This document shows, piece after piece, positions 8,050 to 15,189 of a stretch of 32,000 bases of DNA; positions within the stretch are counted from its first letter, which is position 1; every line of letters starts with the position of its first letter. This DNA comes from Dickeya dadantii NCPPB 898 (GTDB taxonomy: Bacteria; Pseudomonadota; Gammaproteobacteria; Enterobacterales; Enterobacteriaceae), in the NCBI RefSeq assembly GCF_000406145.1, contig NZ_CM001976.1:747260-779259 (forward strand), in the 5' to 3' direction. The translations under genes and the position numbers were made by a program. The notes below the pieces were generated by a model. The model searched no databases. It saw only the letters and a list, made by a program, of their open reading frames with translations, and was not told the DNA's origin.

Positions 8050-8586
8050 GTGAATCACTCCGCCGCCCTTTGCCCCGAACAGGCTGATGATCGCCATGAT
8101 GACCACCGGCGTGTGCAGCAGATCTATTCCGAGCACCATTCCTGGTTGCAGGGATGGCTGCGGCGTCGCCTCGGCTGTTCCCAGCAGGCGGCGGATCTGG
8201 CGCAGGATACCTTTCTGCGGTTGCTGACTCACTTTCCCGCCGAACCGATTCGTGAACCGCGCGCCTGGCTTAGCACCGTGGCGCATGGGCTGATGGTCAA
8301 TCACTGGCGACGCAAAGATCTGGAACAGGCCTATTTGCAGATGCTGGCCAGCCAGGAGTTTGTGGTCAGCCCATCGCCGGAGGCGCAGGCGATGATCGTC
8401 GATGCGCTGGTGGAGATCGACGCGTTGCTGTCTTCGCTGTCGTCCAAAGCCCGACAGGCGTTCCTGTGGGTGCAACTGGAAGGGCTGACCTATCGTCAGG
8501 TGGCGGAACGCCTGATGGTATCGGAGCGCATGGTGAAAAAGTACATGGCGCAGGCCATGCTGGCCTGCCTGAGCGCGCAAGCCTGA
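8050..8586 (+). CDS. fecI: ECF sigma factor, FecI family (iron-starvation sigma)
   Basis: 178 aa with a GTG start. The N-terminus ...YSEHHSWLQGWLRRRLGCSQQAADLAQDTFLRLL parallels E. coli FecI (...HHGWLKSWLTRKL...DIAQDTFLRV). The C-terminal region-4 HTH is LTYRQVAERLMVSERMVKKYMAQA. Confidence 0.9.
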   Translation: MNHSAALCPEQADDRHDDHRRVQQIYSEHHSWLQGWLRRRLGCSQQAADLAQDTFLRLLTHFPAEPIREPRAWLSTVAHGLMVNHWRRKDLEQAYLQMLASQEFVVSPSPEAQAMIVDALVEIDALLSSLSSKARQAFLWVQLEGLTYRQVAERLMVSERMVKKYMAQAMLACLSAQA

Positions 8587-8590
8587 TGTC

Positions 8591-9559
8591 ATGACGCCGC
8601 CGTCTTCTTCGCCTTTGCCTCCCCATGTGTTGTCCGCCGCTGTGTTGTCCGCCGCGGCGGAGTGGTATGCCACGCTGCACGATGAGGCGTGCAGCGAGCG
8701 GGAACGGCGCGCCTGGCGCAGCTGGCTGGAGAGCGATGACCGTCATCAGCTGGCCTGGCGTCAGGTGGAACAGATTCAGACGCGTTTTCAGACCCCGGAC
8801 AACCGGCTGATCTCCTCGGTACTGAGCCGTCAGGGGCGTGAGCGACGTAGCGCGCTCAAACTGCTGGTGCTGGCTGGGTTGACCGGAACAGTAGGCTATA
8901 GCCTGCCGTGGCGCAGCTACGCCGCCGACTATCGTACCGGGGTGGGAGAACGCCGCCAGTTGACGTTGGCGCAAGGGGTTCAGGTGTGGCTGAATACCGA
9001 TTCGGCGCTGAATGTTCGCCATCAGAATGACGAACTGGTGCTGCAACTGCTGTCGGGAGAACTGTTGCTGGAGCGAGAGGACGGCGAGAATACGCCGCTC
9101 TGGCTGGAAACGGGGCAAGGCCGCGTGATGCCCGCGTCGGTCTGCAAGCTGTCCCTGCGTACCTGGGAGCAGCGCAGTTGTCTGGCGGTGTTCGGCGGCG
9201 AAGCGTACCTGCAACTGGCTGCCGGGGCTGACCGGCGTTTGCGGTTGCCCGCCGGGCAGGAAGTGACCTACTCGCGCGAGCAGTGGCAGCCGCCGGTGGC
9301 GGTGCTGACTTTCCGGCAAAGCTGGTCGAGCGGCGTGCTGGTGGCCGATAACATGCGGCTGGACCAGCTGATCGGGGAGATCGCCCGCTATCAGCGGCTA
9401 CATTTCCAACTGGATGACGACGTGGCGGCGCTGCGTATTTCCGGGGTGTTCCCGTTGCAGGACACTGAACGGTTGTTCAACGCGTTGACGAAAACCCTAC
9501 CGATTACGTTTTCTCACCGTTTTCACTGGTGGGTAACGATCCGCCCGCGTCAGGCGTAA
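8591..9559 (+). CDS. fecR: FecR-family transmembrane sigma regulator (anti-sigma/signal transducer)
   Basis: 322 aa, starting 4 nt after the fecI-like stop. N-terminal motif AAEWYATLHDE...ERRAWRSWLESDDRHQLAWRQVEQI, a single TM segment LKLLVLAGLTGTVGYSL, and a periplasmic C-terminal domain. Confidence 0.88.
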   Translation: MTPPSSSPLPPHVLSAAVLSAAAEWYATLHDEACSERERRAWRSWLESDDRHQLAWRQVEQIQTRFQTPDNRLISSVLSRQGRERRSALKLLVLAGLTGTVGYSLPWRSYAADYRTGVGERRQLTLAQGVQVWLNTDSALNVRHQNDELVLQLLSGELLLEREDGENTPLWLETGQGRVMPASVCKLSLRTWEQRSCLAVFGGEAYLQLAAGADRRLRLPAGQEVTYSREQWQPPVAVLTFRQSWSSGVLVADNMRLDQLIGEIARYQRLHFQLDDDVAALRISGVFPLQDTERLFNALTKTLPITFSHRFHWWVTIRPRQA

Positions 9560-9785
9560 TTTCCTGTTGTTTCTGCAATGTTTCCCGTTATTGCCTGGTC
9601 TATCCGTATGATAGATGCCCAAAAATGACGCTAATCACGCTGGCGTTTCGTGGTTAAAATGCTAAGAATGGTTGCTGAAATATTATTTCACGGTCAGAGC
9701 ATTGCACTTCTGGCGATGGGGTGATTCCCTTCGTTGGCAGGCGCTGCGATTCCCCCTGACGTAGCAGTACGAAACAGGATGTCAT

Positions 9786-10796
9786 ATGCAGTTGTTGAAT
9801 TTGAAACAGGCCAGATTGCTGAGCTTCTTCTTTATCATGGGTGGGCTGTTGCTGTTGATTGAGCTGCGCCTGCTTGCCTGCTTTATCGCCGGTTTTCTGG
9901 TGTATGAAATCATTAATCTGCTGACGCCGTATTTTCAAAAGGTGATCAGCGGCAAGCGCGCCCGGCTGGCGGTGGTGGCGGTGATCAGCACGCTGGTGGT
10001 TTGCCTGTTGAGCGTGATTTTCGGCACGCTGGTGGGGTTGCTGATGCAGGAAATGAAGGACACCAGTGTGTTCAACGCCCGCATTGCCTTTATTCTCGAC
10101 GATGTGCAAAAGCAGCTCATGACCTACCTGCCGGGCTATCTGCCGGTTAGCGTGGAGGAATTGCAGCACGAGTTTGTGACGTGGCTGCAAAAGCACGTGG
10201 TGATGTTGCAGAACATGGGGAAAGATTTTCTGCACGGTTTTGTCACCATGCTGATCGGCATGATCCTCGGGGCGATCATCTCCCTGTATAACATCGAGCC
10301 GACGGTGGATAAACCGTTGCTGAAAACCGAACTGATGCACCGGGTGGCGCTACTGTCGTCCTCGTTTCGCAACATCGTGTTCGCGCAGGTGAAGATTTCG
10401 CTGGTGAACACGGTGCTGTCCGCCATCTTCATTCTGGGCATTTTGCCTGGTTTCGGCATTCATCTGCCGTTTGCCAAAACGCTGGTGGTGCTGACCTTCA
10501 TTTTTGGTTTGCTGCCGGTGATTGGTAACCTGATCTCCAATTCCGTGGTGTTCATCGCCGCGCTGTCGATCTCCGTGCCGATCGCGCTGCTGGCGCTGGT
10601 TTATCTGATGCTCATCCACAAACTGGAGTATTTCCTCAATGCCCAGATCGTCGGCACCCGCATTAAGGCGCATGCCTGGGAAATCCTGCTGGCGATGCTG
10701 GTGTTTGAAGCCGCATTCGGCATTTCCGGCGTGATCGCCGCACCCATCTATTACGCCTACCTGAAAAGCGAACTGCGGGAAGCGGCGCTGATATAA
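9786..10796 (+). CDS. AI-2E family transporter (PerM/TqsA/YhhT-like permease)
   Basis: 336 aa, polytopic. The C-terminal half (...FGLLPVIGNLISN...HKLEYFLNAQIVGTRIKAHAWEILLAMLVFEAAFGISGVIAAPIY) fits the UPF0118/AI-2E pattern. AGGA lies 6 nt upstream of the ATG. Confidence 0.82.
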   Translation: MQLLNLKQARLLSFFFIMGGLLLLIELRLLACFIAGFLVYEIINLLTPYFQKVISGKRARLAVVAVISTLVVCLLSVIFGTLVGLLMQEMKDTSVFNARIAFILDDVQKQLMTYLPGYLPVSVEELQHEFVTWLQKHVVMLQNMGKDFLHGFVTMLIGMILGAIISLYNIEPTVDKPLLKTELMHRVALLSSSFRNIVFAQVKISLVNTVLSAIFILGILPGFGIHLPFAKTLVVLTFIFGLLPVIGNLISNSVVFIAALSISVPIALLALVYLMLIHKLEYFLNAQIVGTRIKAHAWEILLAMLVFEAAFGISGVIAAPIYYAYLKSELREAALI

Positions 10797-10810
10797 CCGG
10801 ACCGCATTCT

Positions 10811-10849
10811 GAGCACGACGGCGCCGTATTTGCCTGTGCCGTCGTGCTC
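10811..10849 (+). terminator. GC-rich stem-loop after the AI-2E gene (possible terminator)
   Basis: Perfect 12-bp stem GAGCACGACGGC / GCCGTCGTGCTC with a 15-nt loop. There is no U-run, hence the low confidence. Confidence 0.35.
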
Positions 10850-11164
10850 GTGTCGGCGCTGGTTCCTGGTTCCTGCTTTCGGCCGCTGGCTCTGCCTGAT
10901 TGGCGACATCGTCCCACATGGTGACAACGCAGTATTGTCCATGTTTATGCTACCCACCCTTGTGTTGTCACACGGTGTTTCATCCGCCTTCATGACCTCT
11001 GATTTTCTGATTAACGACGCGCGTCTGGGTCTTTGCCTGGTGCGATTAGCTGGCGTAACTGCTGCCGAAGGGATGGGTTACCAGACAGCGAGCGATAGGA
11101 ATGTGGCGATGAGCATGAAACGAGGAACGGGTCGGGCGTTTGTTGCTGAACACGCCAGGGCAAC

Positions 11165-11199
11165 CTAAAAACGACAATGCCGCCCGGAGGGCGGCATTG
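11165..11199 (-). terminator. Rho-independent terminator of the GPH transporter gene
   Basis: On the minus strand, CAATGCCGCCC-TCC-GGGCGGCATTG is followed by TCGTTTTT. It lies 25 nt downstream of the stop codon. Confidence 0.7.
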
Positions 11200-11223
11200 A
11201 AGGATGATAGACCGAGGGTAGTC

Positions 11224-12750
11224 TTAGCGTTGAGACGTTGCAACCACTGGTTCCTGCACGTCCTGTTGCAGGCCAAGCGGGTTGTTGCCCCAGCACTGTT
11301 CGTATTTCCAGCCGGTCAGTTCTTCGGCAACCGCGCGGGCTTCCGGTGGAACATCGGCAATCGCGCCGCCAGCTTTGATACGCGCAATTTCCTGCAGCAG
11401 AATCATGTGATTCTTACGGTCCAGACGCATCTGGGTGCTGTAGTAGATCGCGACGACCGCCAGGGCAACCACCCCCAGCGAGAACACGCCTACAATCGCC
11501 AGCACCGCGCTTTCCGGCTGAGCCGCTTTGCCGGACACGAATCCGAACTGGCTCAGAATCCAGCCCATGGCGAAGACGATGACGGAACGCACCATCTTGC
11601 CGGCGAAGGTCATGGCGCCGGCGTAAATCCCTTCACGGCGACGGCCGGTCAGCACTTCGTCCACGTCCGCCAGGAAGGTGTAGACCGTCCAGGGAATGTA
11701 GTAGATACCGCCGGTGCTCAGACCGAAGATGGCGGTGATACCGAACAGGACGATAATGGTGGCAGTTTGAGACCAGCCAGTGAAATAGAGCGCTGCGTAG
11801 GCGATCACGCTGACAATAACCACCATCAGCGCCATGCGGTACGGGCGACCGAAGCCCATTTTCACGCAGATGCCGATGAAGAGGAAGGTGGAGATAAACT
11901 GCATAATCGAGCTGAAGCTGTTGAGCTGGGATACTACCGCGGTGCTCTGTTTCAGACCGAATACGATGAAATAGGTAAAGGCGGAAGCGAACAGCCATTC
12001 AGCGCCGAAACCAAACAGGTACATCCCGAGGTGTTTACGGAAAATACGCAGACGGAAGGTCGAAGCCATGTCGATGCTGAGTTTTTTCAGCGACTGCCAC
12101 AGGTTCTGGGTGTGTTCGCGCGCCACTTCGCTCGGGGAACGCTCCCAGGAGGTGAGGTAGAGGGCGATCATCGCCGCACACATGATGAAGCCATAAGCCA
12201 GACCGGTGTAGAAGAACGGCGTAGCGGAGTCTTTACCGTAGATGCCGATGAACTGTCCCGGAATGAAGGCGGCCAGGAAGTTGGCGACCTTACCGAAGAT
12301 GGCCTTGGAACCGGTCAGCTTGGAACGGACTTTGAAGTCGGTGGTCATCTCGGTGGCGAGCGTTTCGTACGGCACCATGATGGAGGTGTAAATCAGCTCG
12401 AACAGCACATAGGTCGACAGGTAGTACCAGAAGCCTAACCCTTCCATCCACAACATCGGGTAGACCAGCACCAGCGGAATACCGAGCAGGATGAAGAAGC
12501 GACGGCGACCGAACAGGCGCCCGATGCGGGTATTGTAGAAGTTGTCGCTGATGTAACCCATGATCGGGTTACTGATGGCGTCGATGACGCTAGCCACGGA
12601 GAAAATGGCAGCGGCCTCAACCAGAGACAAGCCACAGAAGGTGGTATAGAAGTACATTAACCAGGCACCACTAATGGCTAAAGCGCCACTGCCTAGCAGG
12701 TTCGCGCTGCCGTAGCAGAGCGTGTGTTTCAACGTGATGGGTTTACTCAT
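11224..12750 (-). CDS. Glycoside-pentoside-hexuronide (GPH):cation symporter family transporter, possibly an oligogalacturonide/hexuronide-type (TogT-like) carrier
   Basis: About 508 aa with 12 TM segments. The GPH loop motif is IMGYISDNFYNTRIGRLFGRRRFF (D..R.GR.RP-like). I prefer ATG 12750 (MSKPITL...) to the TTG at 12756. The TogT suggestion rests only on the family and the upstream KdgR-like box. Confidence 0.85.
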   Translation of the reverse strand: MSKPITLKHTLCYGSANLLGSGALAISGAWLMYFYTTFCGLSLVEAAAIFSVASVIDAISNPIMGYISDNFYNTRIGRLFGRRRFFILLGIPLVLVYPMLWMEGLGFWYYLSTYVLFELIYTSIMVPYETLATEMTTDFKVRSKLTGSKAIFGKVANFLAAFIPGQFIGIYGKDSATPFFYTGLAYGFIMCAAMIALYLTSWERSPSEVAREHTQNLWQSLKKLSIDMASTFRLRIFRKHLGMYLFGFGAEWLFASAFTYFIVFGLKQSTAVVSQLNSFSSIMQFISTFLFIGICVKMGFGRPYRMALMVVIVSVIAYAALYFTGWSQTATIIVLFGITAIFGLSTGGIYYIPWTVYTFLADVDEVLTGRRREGIYAGAMTFAGKMVRSVIVFAMGWILSQFGFVSGKAAQPESAVLAIVGVFSLGVVALAVVAIYYSTQMRLDRKNHMILLQEIARIKAGGAIADVPPEARAVAEELTGWKYEQCWGNNPLGLQQDVQEPVVATSQR

Positions 12751-12769
12751 GATCAATTCGCCTAATAAT

Positions 12770-12797
12770 ATTAAAACATTATTTCATTTGAAATGAA
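12770..12797. promoter_or_regulatory. KdgR-like operator candidate plus an overlapping perfect 15-bp palindrome, 20-47 bp upstream of the GPH transporter start
   Basis: ATTAAAACATTATTTCATT (12770-12788) matches the remembered KdgR consensus AATGAAACATTGTTTCATT at 16/19 positions. TTCATTT-G-AAATGAA (12783-12797) is a perfect inverted repeat. Confidence 0.4.
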
Positions 12798-13130
12798 CTT
12801 ATGTTCTTATCATTTGCCTGATCGAGACAAAAGTAAACTAGCCATCCCACTCCCGGCTGCTTTTAATAGGAATCTGTCAGGGAGATCATGAAATAAGTTT
12901 TTTTAATTTGATCATGAATATTGACCGGAAAAACGCGATGTTTGCCGGAAGGCATCATTTTTTTATCGTAAAACGATAAAAATTATTAGCAGTAGGGGCG
13001 ATAGCGTCGGGAGAAGTGGTGAAACTATCAGCGCTATTTCGCAGTGCCAGTCGGCAAAAATCAAGAATAATTGTAAAAAACAGCGATGAACTGTGATCGA
13101 GTTGTGATCCTGTGGAGAACGCACCGCGAA

Positions 13131-13152
13131 AAGTGTGATTTATCTCACGGCA
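13131..13152. promoter_or_regulatory. CRP-binding site candidate (TGTGA-N6-TCACG)
   Basis: TGTGATTTATCTCACG at 13134-13149 matches 9/10 positions of the TGTGA-N6-TCACA core. It is centred ~62 bp upstream of the ATG of the HTH gene, in the divergent region shared with the GPH transporter. Confidence 0.5.
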
Positions 13153-13203
13153 CCAGACAGTGTATTTTATCGGGTCATGAGTGAATTGTTGGTAAGACGC
13201 GCT

Positions 13204-13413
13204 ATGCCAATCGTTATCAGACTGGACGTGCTGCTGGCACAAAAAAAGATGAAGTCCCGCGAGCTGGCGGGGTTGATCGGCATCACCGAACAGAATCTTT
13301 CGCTGCTGAAATCCGGCAAGGTGAAAAGCATCCGATTCGATACATTGCAGAGAATATGCGAGGTGCTGTGCTGTCAGCCAGGCGATGTGCTGGAGTATTT
13401 ACCGGAAGAGTGA
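13204..13413 (+). CDS. Small XRE/Cro-C1-type HTH transcriptional regulator (YozG-like, 69 aa)
   Basis: MPIVIRLDVLLAQKKMKSRELAGLIGITEQNLSLLKSGKVKSIRFDTLQRICEVLCCQPGDVLEY matches the short HTH family that typically starts MPI(I/V).... The upstream extension to 13135 in the ORF track is probably not translated. Confidence 0.8.
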   Translation: MPIVIRLDVLLAQKKMKSRELAGLIGITEQNLSLLKSGKVKSIRFDTLQRICEVLCCQPGDVLEYLPEE

Positions 13414-13480
13414 AGGCCGGTCTACTGGTGCTCAGCCATGCCGGTATCAAACCACCTGCCGACGGCATCCATCGGAGCAT

Positions 13481-13518
13481 GCCGCGCTCAGGGTTTACTT
13501 CCTGAGCGCGGCGTTTTT
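13481..13518 (+). terminator. Rho-independent terminator after the HTH gene
   Basis: GCCGCGCTCAGG-8nt-CCTGAGCGCGGC (perfect 12-bp stem) followed by GTTTTT. Confidence 0.8.
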
Positions 13519-13591
13519 GCATGGTGTCAGCGCCGTGTGGCATGCGATATGCCACGACACAGCACGACACGGATCAAGCGCACCACGCCGA

Positions 13592-15088
13592 TCAGTCGTT
13601 GAATAACGCCGCAACGGTTGCTTTGGCGCCGTTGTCGCGCAACGAGAGATAGGCGTCGGTCAACGCCGCCACCCACGCCGCGTTGCCGGGCAGGTCATCG
13701 CCAAACAGCGCGCTGATGGACAGCAGACCGCGGACCCGCTCGGCGTCGTCACGGGTAGTGCCGACGACCTGTTGCAACGTGGCGGCCAGCGGATCGCGGA
13801 TATCAATCGCCTGACCGGCGTCGTCAGTGCCGCCGACGTAACGCATCCAGCCCGCCACGCCCAGCGTCAGGGCGCGGTGGTCGCTGCCGCGCGCCAGATG
13901 CCAGCGCAACGACGCCAGCAGGCGCTGGGGCAGTTTCTGGCTGCCGTCCATCGCAATCTGCCAGGTGCGGTGTTTCAGCGCCGGGTTGGAAAAACGTTCA
14001 ATTAACTGGTCGGCATAGGCGGTCAGGTCTACGCCGGACACATGCAGAGTCGGCGCCTGCTCCTGCAACATCAGGTGGCGTACCGCTCGCCGGTAGCTGG
14101 GGTCGTCCATACCGTTATTGATATGTTCGTAACCCGCCAGATAGCCGAGGTAAGCCAGGAAAGAGTGGCTGCCGTTAAGCATGCGCAGCTTCATCTCTTC
14201 AAACGGCAGCACGTCATCCACCAGTTGCGCGCCCGCCAGTTCCCAGTCGGGGCGGCCGGCGACAAACTTATCTTCCACCACCCACTGAATAAACGGCTCG
14301 CAGGCGATGCCGCACGGGTCCGCCACACCAACGGCGTCGGCGATCTGGCTCAGCGTTTCCGGCGTGGCGGCCGGTACGATCCGGTCCACCATGGTGTTGG
14401 GGAAGGTGACATGCTGCGCGATCCAGTCCGCCAGCGCGTGATCCTGCAGGCGTGCGGCGTCCATCACCACCTGTCGAGTGACTTTGCCGTTTTCCGGCAC
14501 GTTGTCGCAGGACAGCACGGAGAAGGGCGCAATGCCCCGTTCACGACGCAGGCGCAGCGCTTCGGCCAGCAATCCCGGCACCGACGAGGGTTGGCGAGGG
14601 TGGGCCAGATCCTGCTGCACCAGCGGGTTGTCCCGGTCGAGCTCTCCTTTGTTGCCTGCGCGGCAGTAACCTTTTTCGGTGATAGTCAGCGAGACGATCG
14701 CGACGATCGGGTCCGCCAGTTGTTCCAGAATCGACGCGATCCCTTCCACGCGCGCGTGCAGCGACTTGCAGACCGCGCCGACCACGATCGCCTGATTGCC
14801 GTGGGCGGCTTTCTCCAGCACGGTAAACCGGTGATCCTGACGGCGCAGGGCGGAAATCAGGGTATCGTCGCTGAACAACACCACTTCGCAAATCCCCCAG
14901 TCGCCGCCCTGACGGTTGAGCACCCGATCGGTCAGCAGCGCCTGATGCGCGCGGTGAAACGCGCCGAAGCCGATATGCACGATACGGGGTTTCAACGACT
15001 GACGATCGTAACGGGGTTGTTGCACGGCGGCGGGCAGCACCGTGTTGGACAGATTTTTTTCGTTGCCGGACAGAGTGTTACTGGACAT
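13592..15088 (-). CDS. Mannitol dehydrogenase-family oxidoreductase (fructuronate reductase/D-mannonate oxidoreductase type, UxuB/YdfI/YeiQ-like)
   Basis: 498 aa. N-terminal Rossmann motif RIVHIGFGAFHRAHQA, plus SLTITEKGY, MVDRIVP, EEMKLRMLNGSHSFLAYLGYLAGY and TWQIAMDGSQKLPQR, which are characteristic of long-chain mannitol-DH family enzymes. Confidence 0.9.
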   Translation of the reverse strand: MSSNTLSGNEKNLSNTVLPAAVQQPRYDRQSLKPRIVHIGFGAFHRAHQALLTDRVLNRQGGDWGICEVVLFSDDTLISALRRQDHRFTVLEKAAHGNQAIVVGAVCKSLHARVEGIASILEQLADPIVAIVSLTITEKGYCRAGNKGELDRDNPLVQQDLAHPRQPSSVPGLLAEALRLRRERGIAPFSVLSCDNVPENGKVTRQVVMDAARLQDHALADWIAQHVTFPNTMVDRIVPAATPETLSQIADAVGVADPCGIACEPFIQWVVEDKFVAGRPDWELAGAQLVDDVLPFEEMKLRMLNGSHSFLAYLGYLAGYEHINNGMDDPSYRRAVRHLMLQEQAPTLHVSGVDLTAYADQLIERFSNPALKHRTWQIAMDGSQKLPQRLLASLRWHLARGSDHRALTLGVAGWMRYVGGTDDAGQAIDIRDPLAATLQQVVGTTRDDAERVRGLLSISALFGDDLPGNAAWVAALTDAYLSLRDNGAKATVAALFND

Positions 15089-15102
15089 AGATGGCGTCCT
15101 GA

Positions 15103-15150
15103 AAAGAGAAAAATTAACCGCCCAACCTTAGCGGTCTTTCGGTTGGGCGG
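15103..15150 (-). terminator. Rho-independent terminator after the emrB-like gene, ending ~13 nt before the RBS of the downstream oxidoreductase gene
   Basis: On the minus strand, CCGCCCAACC-13nt-GGTTGGGCGG is followed by TTAATTTTTCTCTTTT. Confidence 0.7.
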
Positions 15151-15189
15151 CAACTGTCATATGGCGTGTTCTGAAGCCGGTTCGCAGAA

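Noticed and set aside
7660-9319. Two long minus-strand ORFs (7660-8673 and 8366-9319) antisense to the ATPase, fecI-like and fecR-like genes
   Set aside because: They span a terminator/promoter region and two well-supported plus-strand genes. Their translations are Arg/Pro/Gln-rich with no recognisable domains.
9560-9785. Search for a FecI-type (ECF) promoter downstream of the fecR-like gene that would place the AI-2E permease under FecI control
   Set aside because: I could not identify a convincing -35/-10 pair, and I do not trust my memory of the FecI promoter consensus enough to call one. It is left as a question inside the FecIR finding.
10830-11168. 112-aa plus-strand ORF in the AI-2E/GPH spacer
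   Set aside because: It has no SD sequence, starts inside the preceding hairpin, is Cys/Arg-rich at its N-terminus, and shows no family resemblance. It is treated as non-coding or relic DNA.
11140-12438. 432-aa plus-strand ORF opposite the GPH transporter gene
   Set aside because: Antisense shadow. The minus-strand product has 12 TM segments and GPH motifs, while the plus-strand product is a hydrophilic Gly/Asp/His/Arg-rich artefact.
12955-13242. 95-aa minus-strand ORF in the GPH/HTH divergent region
   Set aside because: It overlaps the CRP-like site, the AT palindrome and the start of the HTH gene. It has no SD sequence and no recognisable motifs.
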